Below the pieces are notes generated by a model, which did no database searches, was not told the origin of the DNA, and saw nothing but the letters and a program-made list of their open reading frames with translations. From IMG/VR virus record IMGVR_UViG_3300010391_000273, positions 34,576 through 98,575 of that record: DNA of 64,000 bases. One strand, 5' to 3'. The number at the start of each line of letters is the position of its first letter. Within the stretch, counting starts at the first letter, position 1. A program made the position numbers and the translations under genes. The DNA comes from a virus. Below are positions 50,164 through 59,167 of the stretch, piece by piece.

Positions 50164-51228
50164 ATGAAAATAAATGACACGCTTGATGACGGCGAGGTTC
50201 TCCTTCAAGAGCTTTTAAATGACGAGTTTGACAAACAAGCATCTACTTCAAATGATGCTAAAATCCCTGCTAATGTTCCTTCCCTAGGGGAAGCTGAAGA
50301 ACCCAATAAGAAACCCTCATTAGATAAAGAAACCCACACCCAATGGGCCTTAGGTGGAAATAGTAGGTTTGTTCCTGTAGGTTCAACGATTGAACGTTTA
50401 CCAGCTGGGGTCTATGAACCATTTGCCATACCTGGTATGTGGGGCCTAGAAGCATCATCAGTCATCACGGATGGAATCTATATCCTTCCCGATATGGCCA
50501 CGAATGTCATCCTAAAAGAGGCTAGTAAGTTTTGGGCCTCAGAAGCCCAGTATAAGCATCATAACCTCCTGTATAAGAGAGGTCTTATCCTATGGGGAGA
50601 ACCAGGAGGCGGAAAGACTATTGCCATTAAGCTTTTGATGAGTGAACTTGTTAAGCAAGATGGAGTTGTTATTGTGGCACAATCCATTCCTCTCCTAATC
50701 TTGTGTCTAAAAGCAATTCGAAGAATTGAACCAAATCGTAATATCATTGTAGTCCTAGAAGATATAGACGAGATTATCAACTTCAATGGCGAGAGTGTCG
50801 TGTTATCCATGCTTGATGGGGAGAGTAGCATCGCTAACATTCTATGTATTGCAAGTACCAACTATCCAGAGAGATTAGGTGCCCGCATTATCAATAGACC
50901 ATCCAGATTCGACCGGAGAATTTATGTAGGGATGCCCTCACCCGAGGCTAGACGAGTATATTTAGAAAGGGCTACAAATAATGGTCTTACAGATGAACAA
51001 CTTACCACATGGGTAGCCGACTCCAATAAAATGTCTGTGGCCCACTTACGAGAACTAGTAGCTGCTGTGTATTGCCTTGATCAACCTTACGATGAAGTGA
51101 TCAAGCGGTTACAAGATATGGCTATTCAAGTTAGATCTGCAGACGAGTTTACCCGATCCAAGATGGGCTTCAACCAAACTCAAGTCGCCCAATCTTCAGC
51201 CCCATTAGGGAGCCAATACTATGTCTAA
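50164..51228 (+). CDS. AAA+ ATPase
   Basis: KRGLILWGEPGGGKT, LEDIDE, STNYPE, NRPSRFD. Confidence 0.92.
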   Translation: MKINDTLDDGEVLLQELLNDEFDKQASTSNDAKIPANVPSLGEAEEPNKKPSLDKETHTQWALGGNSRFVPVGSTIERLPAGVYEPFAIPGMWGLEASSVITDGIYILPDMATNVILKEASKFWASEAQYKHHNLLYKRGLILWGEPGGGKTIAIKLLMSELVKQDGVVIVAQSIPLLILCLKAIRRIEPNRNIIVVLEDIDEIINFNGESVVLSMLDGESSIANILCIASTNYPERLGARIINRPSRFDRRIYVGMPSPEARRVYLERATNNGLTDEQLTTWVADSNKMSVAHLRELVAAVYCLDQPYDEVIKRLQDMAIQVRSADEFTRSKMGFNQTQVAQSSAPLGSQYYV

Positions 51229-51384
51229 AGCCCAAGATAACACGATCAAGTTATTAGAAGACCTATTATTCTTTTTGGCTTATGTTATAAACCCCACTAC
51301 AACTCCTTTAACCAAGCATCAACAGAAGCTCATAAAAAAACTTGCATGGCGCTGTAGAATCGCCCTTTTAGACTTAGAGGAACT

Positions 51385-52299
51385 ATGATATTAGCCATTC
51401 TCAAATCGAAGCTCGCCCAGTTTGCCCTCGTAGGTCTTATAAGTGTAAGTATAGGTGCCTATATCAATCATAAGGTTAGCCCTCCTGAGACCATCACTAC
51501 AATCATCCACGACACTAAAGAGATTAAGGTTGAGGTCCCAGTTTTAACTACGAAGATTGTCGATCACCTAATCACTGATTCTCGACAACAAGCAGCTATC
51601 AAGATTCTCATGAAGGAAAATGATGACCTCAAACTCAGAGTCATTCAACTCACCTCCACGATCGCGGAGAACCATACAGGAGGCGGTACGGACCCTACGA
51701 ACCCATCGCCGGGCACGATCACACTCCCACAGGTGGACCCTAGTGGACAGGGTGGATCCCAGAATCCTAGCCCAACTAACTCGTCAGTGGCAGGCCATTA
51801 TACCGATTACCAACTCGATGCCCACTACACCACAACGACGTTCAATTATGAACTTAATCAAACCTTCCTTGTTACGACGACGACTGGGAAAGATAGCCAA
51901 GGGAATCCCACAGGAATCGTTCGACTTTTCCAAGACACACCAACGGGCCTTACTCCCATCGCTGCTAAAACAACGGTCATCCATGCGGACGAGAACCTAC
52001 CCAGGTGGTTCGTCAGTCCTAGGATTCAAGGAGGCCTCGGGATTGACCAAGACAAGGTTAAGTCTGGGTTCGTAGGCCTACAGCTCCTTAAAAGAGGCAG
52101 ATCATCCGATCCAAAGGACATCAAATTTAGTCTTGGTACGATTGGGGCTAAGTTCGATGCTCATGGAGTAGAACCCTTACTATTCCCTATAAGTGTAAAC
52201 TTAGGCTCCCTACCTCATCAGCCCTTCTCCAACTTGTGGCTAAGCCCGTCGGTTCATCTCAAGAAACAGGTTGGCCTGTTTTTAACGGCTACATTTTAA
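51385..52299 (+). CDS. N-terminally membrane-anchored protein (possible lysis/envelope accessory)
   Basis: GAGG SD; TM helix, coiled coil, beta-rich C-terminus ending in F. Confidence 0.55.
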   Translation: MILAILKSKLAQFALVGLISVSIGAYINHKVSPPETITTIIHDTKEIKVEVPVLTTKIVDHLITDSRQQAAIKILMKENDDLKLRVIQLTSTIAENHTGGGTDPTNPSPGTITLPQVDPSGQGGSQNPSPTNSSVAGHYTDYQLDAHYTTTTFNYELNQTFLVTTTTGKDSQGNPTGIVRLFQDTPTGLTPIAAKTTVIHADENLPRWFVSPRIQGGLGIDQDKVKSGFVGLQLLKRGRSSDPKDIKFSLGTIGAKFDAHGVEPLLFPISVNLGSLPHQPFSNLWLSPSVHLKKQVGLFLTATF

Positions 52300-52307
52300 G
52301 GATAACC

Positions 52308-52784
52308 ATGCCAATAACAATAGCTGACATTCTTGTTGCCGCCTATCCTGAAGCCTTAAAAGTAAAACTTGATGGATATGGTTTTATTAGTCCAAAATTA
52401 AGATGTAAACAAAGGCGTGGTAAGATCATAGTTGATCCTCCCATAACCTACCCTGTTAACGAAATATGTACCCCTATAATATGGAGTTATCAAGATGAGA
52501 CCAAAAATCCTTATCTATATCAGAGGATTAATATTGTAGCACAACTACTTAGCAACGCACTAGAAAGCCATGATGACATACTTCTAAAACATATGGGTAA
52601 AGGTAGAGCTGTTATTTCAAAGGAATACAAATATAGACTATCTGAAGTTGTTAAAGTAGGTGCTCTGTATAGCCATCATTATGCATGTAGCATCCACACT
52701 GCTGTAGCTTTTATACCGTCTCGTCTGCCTAGGACTACTGAGATAAGGAGTTTGTATGAAAATTTGGAACTGCAAAATTGGTGA
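52308..52784 (+). CDS. hypothetical protein, possible degenerate major-capsid paralog
   Basis: AAGGA SD; MPITIADILVAAYP and PIIWSYQDETKNP...LLSNALESHDD. Confidence 0.5.
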   Translation: MPITIADILVAAYPEALKVKLDGYGFISPKLRCKQRRGKIIVDPPITYPVNEICTPIIWSYQDETKNPYLYQRINIVAQLLSNALESHDDILLKHMGKGRAVISKEYKYRLSEVVKVGALYSHHYACSIHTAVAFIPSRLPRTTEIRSLYENLELQNW

Positions 52785-52986
52785 GATAGACAGTAGATAT
52801 CTAAAGGATGGAGCTGATCTCCCTATGCGTGAAGCCGTAAGAAAGGCCTATACACAAGTCACAGGACAAGAGCCTTTATTCATCTTCAGTGGGTGGGCAG
52901 GACAATTAACTGAAGCTGAGCGTGAGGCCTACGAACCATACACGACATTTAGATAGCTCCACTTACGATCGCAATGGAAATTAAAT

Positions 52987-53349
52987 ATGAACTTAGTTCA
53001 CTATATTTTTGTACGACGAGACCTACCGATAGGTATTATAGCATCCCAAATCACCCACGCGGCTGGTGAATCAGCAGCCCTCTATCAGGATGTGTATGGC
53101 AAGAGGTTCCCAGGGGCCACAGCAGTCGTCTTAGAGGCTAAAGATGAGCTTGGTCTCCAGAAGATTAGGGATCACCTTAAGTCTTTAGACATCCAATACT
53201 TAGAGGTTCATGAATCAGAAGGGATCTACCATGGTCAGTTTATGGCCATTGGCATCGTTCCAACTGAAAGGGAGTTTCTTGCCCCTAAACTCGTCCATTT
53301 CCAAAACTTAAAAAGTAGTCTTGAGCCTACAGAATATGAGAAGGAATAA
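52987..53349 (+). CDS. peptidyl-tRNA hydrolase PTH2-like
   Basis: YIFVRRDLPIG..ASQ.THAA, VVLEA, AIGIVP. Confidence 0.8.
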   Translation: MNLVHYIFVRRDLPIGIIASQITHAAGESAALYQDVYGKRFPGATAVVLEAKDELGLQKIRDHLKSLDIQYLEVHESEGIYHGQFMAIGIVPTEREFLAPKLVHFQNLKSSLEPTEYEKE

Positions 53350-53928
53350 ACTAAATCTCTTGACAATCCCCCCTTTCGCATGAGATGATCTATAAATCAA
53401 CATGAACAAGCCAAGGCGAGTCTCCAAGATCCCTAGAACTTTACCAACCTTCATTGTAAAATGTATGTGGTACGCTACGGCTATCATCCTTAAAATCCCT
53501 GCTAAGACAGAGTTGGAAGCTTTAAATTTAGCCTCTAAGAAGGTATCTCGTATGGAAGGCGGCATCATGTGTCAAGATATAGTAGTGATCGGGTGGCGAT
53601 GAGGGTATTATGCCAAAGAAGTCATCACTACCAATTTTAATACATGAAGACCGTGTTGGATATGATGAGCTTCTCGTGGAGTTCTATGAGCACCACTGTG
53701 GATTCGAGCGGGTTCCTAGACTTGAGGATGATACGTTTGCCCAATACTATGGAGACCCTGATATCATGACCGCTAAATATTGTCCAGGGTGTGGTGAGCG
53801 GATCGTGTGGAGGGTTAAATGATGGAACGTATCTTAGTTGAAATCATGATAGCCACTTTTACAATAACACTAATAGTTCTAATAATTTTTAGTCCAAGAA
53901 CATAATCAAGGAAGGACGATTCAAAAGG

Positions 53929-54816
53929 ATGAGTAGACGTAGAACAATCTTAATGTATGGTCGAACACGATCTGGTAAGACCTCTCAGATTGCCGAGCTT
54001 GCAGAGCATGTAAAAGTTACAACTGGATTAAAGTCCCTCGTCTATTCTATAGATGCAGGTGGTATAGGTCCTCTAGGCCCGCTCGCAGACTTAGGGATTA
54101 TAGACCTAGTATTACAAGGGGAGACAAACCCATGGATGTTCCTAAATAAGGTTAGTCGGGGTCAAGTGAGGGGTGGGGCTGGGAAATGGGTTCCAGCAGA
54201 CCTCTCTAAATATGGTCTTATCGCGAATGAGTCCCTTACCGGGTTTGGCGATGCCATCATGATAAATATGGCCACCCAAGCTGGAGATGGGATCAACATC
54301 GGTGGCCAAGCTAATATAAGTTTTAAGATCACCTCAGATGGAGAGACAATCAATATTGGTGGGTCAAATATGGCCCATTATAATATAGCTCAGTCTAGAC
54401 TACTTGACGAATTTTTACGATCACAAAAACTAAATGTGCCCCTTCTCCTATGGACAGCCTCAGCCTCGAAAGAGGAAGACACCAACTTTGGGGGAAAGGT
54501 CATTGGCCCAGCAGGCCCAGGTAAAGCCCTCACAGCTGAGCTTCCTCGGCATTGTGACCTCTGTTTTAGGATCGATTGCACACCAGCCAGTCCAGGTAAA
54601 CCTGAGCGACACATCATCTATCTAGGTAACTCTGTAGACATTCTAGCAGGCAGTGCTACAAGCCTAGGTAACACCCGACTTCCTATAGGAGTTGAGGTTC
54701 CAGCCACAGTTGAGCCAGCCTCAATCGTAAAAGTTTTAAGGCTGATTGAGGAAGCAGAGTCTAAAGCAAAGGAGGACATCAAGAAGCGGTTAGAAAAGGT
54801 CGTAGTTAAAGCGTAA
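53929..54816 (+). CDS. AAA_24/Sak4-like NTPase
   Basis: YGRTRSGKTS, ESLT, GPAGPGKALT.ELP; followed by an SSB-like gene. Confidence 0.75.
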   Translation: MSRRRTILMYGRTRSGKTSQIAELAEHVKVTTGLKSLVYSIDAGGIGPLGPLADLGIIDLVLQGETNPWMFLNKVSRGQVRGGAGKWVPADLSKYGLIANESLTGFGDAIMINMATQAGDGINIGGQANISFKITSDGETINIGGSNMAHYNIAQSRLLDEFLRSQKLNVPLLLWTASASKEEDTNFGGKVIGPAGPGKALTAELPRHCDLCFRIDCTPASPGKPERHIIYLGNSVDILAGSATSLGNTRLPIGVEVPATVEPASIVKVLRLIEEAESKAKEDIKKRLEKVVVKA

Positions 54817-54834
54817 AAAACAATCGTAAGTACA

Positions 54835-55452
54835 ATGAAAGTAAAGGGTAACTATATTTCAGACATTTCACATCTTGGCGGCTTGAAAGAGATCGAACAG
54901 CTCGACATGGATAATACCTACCCAGTAGCCAAGGAGAGTACGTTTCAACTCCCTCCGAAGGGTACCTATACACTTAGAGCCCCGGACTCGTTCCCAAGTG
55001 CGTCTTTTGATCGTACCAAGAATGGCGACCTTTCCATCCAAATTGATCCAACCATTGTTGGTCCAACAGGAGAAGGTCTAGTGGTTCGATATCAGAAGAT
55101 TTCGAACAAGGGCTTCAAGCGTGGTAACCAGACAGTCTCACAGGTAGGAGACTACCTAGCAGCTACTAGTTTCTCAGGCTCCCTTAAGACTGAGCAGGAC
55201 GTAGCTGATGCAGTTGAACTCACAGCGGGCACCGTCTATCAAGCCAAGCTTGATTGGAGAGCCTACAACAAGCGGACAGGTTGGAGTCTGGAGGGTATGG
55301 AGCGTTTCCCAAAGAACGCAGATGGTACCCACACAAGTCGTGTGGTCGATCCTGCTGAAGTAGGTAAGGTTGATGATACTGGTCGTCAGCTCATCGTCTT
55401 TGCAAACCTCTACATCCCATTCGGTGGCTTTATCGCAAACGAAGCTAACTAA
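54835..55452 (+). CDS. putative ssDNA-binding protein (possible AUU start at 54856)
   Basis: LPPKGTY motif; lies after the Sak4-like ATPase; followed by a terminator. Confidence 0.55.
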   Translation: MKVKGNYISDISHLGGLKEIEQLDMDNTYPVAKESTFQLPPKGTYTLRAPDSFPSASFDRTKNGDLSIQIDPTIVGPTGEGLVVRYQKISNKGFKRGNQTVSQVGDYLAATSFSGSLKTEQDVADAVELTAGTVYQAKLDWRAYNKRTGWSLEGMERFPKNADGTHTSRVVDPAEVGKVDDTGRQLIVFANLYIPFGGFIANEAN

Positions 55453-55482
55453 CAACGAGATCTAAGGTAACCTAGGGCGTCA

Positions 55483-55516
55483 AAGGGGGAGCTTCTAAGG
55501 CTCCCCCTTCTCGTTT
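55483..55516 (+). terminator. rho-independent terminator
   Basis: AAGGGGGAGC-TTCTAAG-GCTCCCCCTT followed by CTCGTTT. Confidence 0.7.
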
Positions 55517-55847
55517 AAGGTTGAGTATCATGACTATGAGTAATATTCAAAATGTCCACATCTCAGGACTAGAGATAGCTAACATTATAGAGGCCATTGG
55601 AGAAGCTACCAAGACTCATTCTGATAATGCTACACTCTTGGGTTGTCTTGCCATGACCATTATTCTTAGTAGGCCTGAAATCTCTAAAGATAGGCTTATC
55701 GAGGGAGTTAAAGACCTTAGTAACTACCTTGTCCTATGGCTTTCGACCGAGACCGAAGCTTTAACAATAAATTAGGAGATTTAAAATGTATTTATCCCTC
55801 ACAACCATACTTGTTATTCTACTCATTATCTACCTCATTAGGCGGGT

Positions 55848-56159
55848 TTGAAACTGGCCACAATTGCGATTGATTGGGACGGCACCCTCATGGATGGAAA
55901 GGAGTGGCTCCCTGGAGCCCAAGAGGCCATCAAAAGACTTCGTGAGCTAGGGCACTATGTAATTATTCACTCATGTAATAACCCCAAATGGATTGAAAAG
56001 AATCTTAATGAGGCGGGGATACCTGTCGATCTCATATGGACTAAGCAGGGCAAGCCTGTAGCAAACTGTTATTTAGATGATCGTGGTATAAATTTTAAGA
56101 ATTGGGATGAAGCATTAGTTGAAACCTTATTATTTATAGAAGCTCATGCCAAGAGCTAA
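55848..56159 (+). CDS. small HAD-family phosphatase
   Basis: IDWDGTL, IIHSC, KP.A.CYLDDR. Confidence 0.85.
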   Translation: MKLATIAIDWDGTLMDGKEWLPGAQEAIKRLRELGHYVIIHSCNNPKWIEKNLNEAGIPVDLIWTKQGKPVANCYLDDRGINFKNWDEALVETLLFIEAHAKS

Positions 56160-56652
56160 TTATAAACATTCTCAAGAAACTAAAGACAAGATAAGTAAAA
56201 GTAATACTGGTAAAGTATTTCCCTATAAACCTAGGCCTAGTATGTTAGGTAAAATACCTTGGAATAAAGGTCTCACTAAACGTTATCACAAGCAACATAA
56301 TGATGAGTCTAGACGATGGTCAAATAATAATCCTGAAAGAAGAACAGAACAGGCATTACGAAGTACCCTTAAACAAAAATATGGAATGACTTTAGAGGAT
56401 TATAGACAACTAGAAAAAATTCAGGGTGGGAAATGTGCTATTTGTAAAAATATTCCTACACCTAGAGTAGATAAAACGGGCCGGTCTCGGGCACGATTAG
56501 ATGTTGATCACTGTCACCTTACAAATACAAACAGAGCATTACTTTGTGATACATGTAATAGAGGGCTAGGCCAAATTAAAGAATCCTTACAAAACCTAAA
56601 AAATGCTGTTGCATATTTAGAACATTGGGATATAATATGCGAGCAAATATAA
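56146..56652 (+). CDS. endonuclease VII-family homing endonuclease with NUMOD3
   Basis: HSQETKDKIS, PWNKG, KYGMT, CAIC, VDHCH, RALLCDTCNRGLG. Confidence 0.9.
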   Translation: MPRANYKHSQETKDKISKSNTGKVFPYKPRPSMLGKIPWNKGLTKRYHKQHNDESRRWSNNNPERRTEQALRSTLKQKYGMTLEDYRQLEKIQGGKCAICKNIPTPRVDKTGRSRARLDVDHCHLTNTNRALLCDTCNRGLGQIKESLQNLKNAVAYLEHWDIICEQI

Positions 56653-56672
56653 TAGATCCTAACTATATGATG

Positions 56673-56782
56673 AAGCCTAGGGCTCACAAGTGTATATTGA
56701 TGATCGTAGTTTCGAATTTAGACCCAATGGTGATTGGAACGACGAACTTCCCAACGTCCTCCTAAGATTAGAAAGAGCATAA
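56673..56782 (+). pseudogene. displaced original 3' end of the HAD phosphatase gene
   Basis: KPRA/(frameshift)/QVYIDDRSFEF...DW...* parallels KPVANCYLDDRGINFKNW. Confidence 0.7.
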
Positions 56783-57208
56783 TCAAATATGATCATAAAG
56801 CCTACATGGGATCTTTCAAAGTATATATGGTTTCTATGGGATCCAAAGAACTATCAAGGTAAAAATTACCAAGTATATTATATGCTTTCAGATGAGCAAT
56901 ATGGATTAGAAGTCAAGCTCACAAGCTTAGGGTCACAATAATAAAGATCATGAAGCCTAAACAATCTGATCCTGAGTTTACAATGAAGCCTAGAGTAAAC
57001 AAGTGGAAGTGCCCAGCTTGTCTAGAGTGGGTTCGAGAGGAAATAAATAGAGTATGCCTAAAGTGCAAAAAGACTACATCGTCGCAATTGTCTACACCAA
57101 GCTCGTAAAAGTTAAGGCTAAGGATATATTAGAAGCCTATAGTAAGACTAATGTTAACTGTACGGATAATTCATTTAACCTATCTAACTGGCATGCAATA
57201 AAGGTTTA

Positions 57209-57718
57209 ATGGCTAAAGTCCCCATACAAAAACCAGGCTTAAGTAAGCAAGACTACGAGACTCCAATCGAGCTGTTAGTAGCTATTAAAAAACGTCTTCA
57301 TATTGAGAAGTTTTCGATCGATCTTGCGGCTTCTCACAAGAATAAAGTAGCTGATATGTGCTATACCGAAGAGGATGATTCCCTTGTACAACCATGGAAT
57401 GTTATCCCTGGATCATGGGGATTTTGTAACCCACCCTTCGCTTCAATCGAAGAATGGGTAGCTAAAGCTGCTTCTGAGTCCATGCAAGGAGCCAATACTG
57501 TTATGTTGCTCCCGGCCTCAGTTGGAGCCAATTGGTATAGAAAGTGGGTTGAACCTTATGCCTTTGTAAGCTTCTTAAATGGGAGACTATGTTTCATCAC
57601 ATACTGGAAAAATCAAGGTTTAAAATCTAAGCCCTTGTATCCGAAAGACACTATGTTGTGTTTCTACACGCCGTGGTCATTTCTAGGTTCGGAGGTGTGG
57701 AATTGGAATCCAAAGTAA
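57209..57718 (+). CDS. dam: phage DNA N6-adenine methyltransferase (T1 Dam-like)
   Basis: YETP, IDLAAS..N, FCNPPF, VMLLPA, GRL.F. Confidence 0.88.
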   Translation: MAKVPIQKPGLSKQDYETPIELLVAIKKRLHIEKFSIDLAASHKNKVADMCYTEEDDSLVQPWNVIPGSWGFCNPPFASIEEWVAKAASESMQGANTVMLLPASVGANWYRKWVEPYAFVSFLNGRLCFITYWKNQGLKSKPLYPKDTMLCFYTPWSFLGSEVWNWNPK

Positions 57719-58137
57719 AATTAAAAACGAATAATGGTATAGAGTTCCTGATAGACCCCCATAATTTTGAACAAGTATCAAAACATACTTGGCATTTTCA
57801 AAGATATATAAGAACTACTATCAATGGTAGAATTATACGTCTTCATAATTTTCTTTTTGGTTATGCTCCAAAGAATCTTGAATGGGATCATATCGATAGA
57901 GATACCCGTAATAATTGTCAAGAAAATCTGCATTTAGTAACCCATAGTCAAAATATGCGAAATAAGTCAGTTCCACGGAATAACAAATCCGGTACCAAAG
58001 GAGTCTGTTGGCATATTCATGCAAGAAAATGGATCGCCCAAATAAAATTGGATGGTAAAATAAAACATCTTGGTTATTTTATTAACCTACAAGACGCTAT
58101 AAACATTAGAAAACTTGCTGAGGTAAAATACCTATGA
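57703..58137 (+). CDS. HNH-AP2 homing endonuclease
   Basis: GGAGG SD with TTG start; RLHN, DHIDRD.RNN...NL, SGTKGV.W, W.AQI, HLGYF. Confidence 0.9.
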   Translation: MESKVKLKTNNGIEFLIDPHNFEQVSKHTWHFQRYIRTTINGRIIRLHNFLFGYAPKNLEWDHIDRDTRNNCQENLHLVTHSQNMRNKSVPRNNKSGTKGVCWHIHARKWIAQIKLDGKIKHLGYFINLQDAINIRKLAEVKYL

Positions 58138-58487
58138 AAGTCCTAGTTACAGGCTCAAGAGTCTACCAAGACTATGATAAGGTGAAGGATGCCATCCTAG
58201 CTTCGGGTGCCTCTATTGTCGTCCACGGGAACGCCAAAGGGGCAGATACCCTAGCTAAACACGTATGCCTAGCCTTTGGGCTGGACGAGCGGCGATATCC
58301 GGCTAATTGGGACCTAAATAAAAAGGCTGCTGGCCCTATTCGTAACCAACAGATGCTCGACCTGGAGCACACCCTAGAAGAGCCTATAGACCTCGTGCTG
58401 GCCTTTCCAGTGGAGGGCTCTATTGGAACCTATGATATGATGAGGCGGGCTGAAAAAGCTGGGATCAAGGTAATTATCTATGGATAA
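58134..58487 (+). CDS. SLOG-family (YspA/DUF2493-like) protein
   Basis: VLVTGSR, VVHGNAKGADT, AAGPIRNQQM, AFP...GT.DM. Confidence 0.88.
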   Translation: MKVLVTGSRVYQDYDKVKDAILASGASIVVHGNAKGADTLAKHVCLAFGLDERRYPANWDLNKKAAGPIRNQQMLDLEHTLEEPIDLVLAFPVEGSIGTYDMMRRAEKAGIKVIIYG

Positions 58488-58857
58488 ACCCAAACTCTTT
58501 AGTGTTTACATTAAGGATTGTAGGGTTGATACCTTCACAGTCGGGGGTCATGGTGGCTCAGGTAAGGATACCTCCAACACCGGGGTGAGGATTACCCATC
58601 CACCCTCGAAAGCCATAGGAAGGTCAGTTGACACCCGATCCCAGTGGAAGAATAAGCAGATTGCATGGAGACGAATGGCCGAGACTAAAGAGTTTAGGCT
58701 GTGGGTCACAATGGAAGCAGCCCGACTTAATGGCTCACTCTCTATAGAGACTCAGGTTGAGGAAGCTATGGACCCTAAAAACCTTTTAGTCGAGGTCAAG
58801 GGTCCAGATGGTAAGTGGCTCGATGTAAATATTGATTCTGAGTATACGAAGATTTAA
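58480..58857 (+). CDS. peptide chain release factor-like protein (RF-1 domain) with GGS replacing GGQ
   Basis: RVDTF.VGGHGGSGKDTSNTGVRITH.PS...RSQWKNK..AW.RM. Confidence 0.8.
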   Translation: MDKPKLFSVYIKDCRVDTFTVGGHGGSGKDTSNTGVRITHPPSKAIGRSVDTRSQWKNKQIAWRRMAETKEFRLWVTMEAARLNGSLSIETQVEEAMDPKNLLVEVKGPDGKWLDVNIDSEYTKI

Positions 58858-59167
58858 TGACAATGTTTAAAATATTCAATGGTCTAATAATATTGTTAAG
58901 GGGAATATTTAAAAGACGTAGGAGATTATCCATAAGACCACCTTACCGGACGGCAGCATACAGGTGGGAGTCTGGGCTCTTAGCTGAAGAACAGGCACTT
59001 GAGGATAAAATAAAGTTAAAGATTGCTGAATTTCTAGCAAAGCCTAAACCTAAACATGTAGCTCTAGCAAATCATGGTCCTTTCAATATGCAAGAAAATA
59101 AATGTTTAGGTTGTGATAGATCCTTAGAAACACTCCACTCAACTAAACTCATGCCGACGTGTAACCT

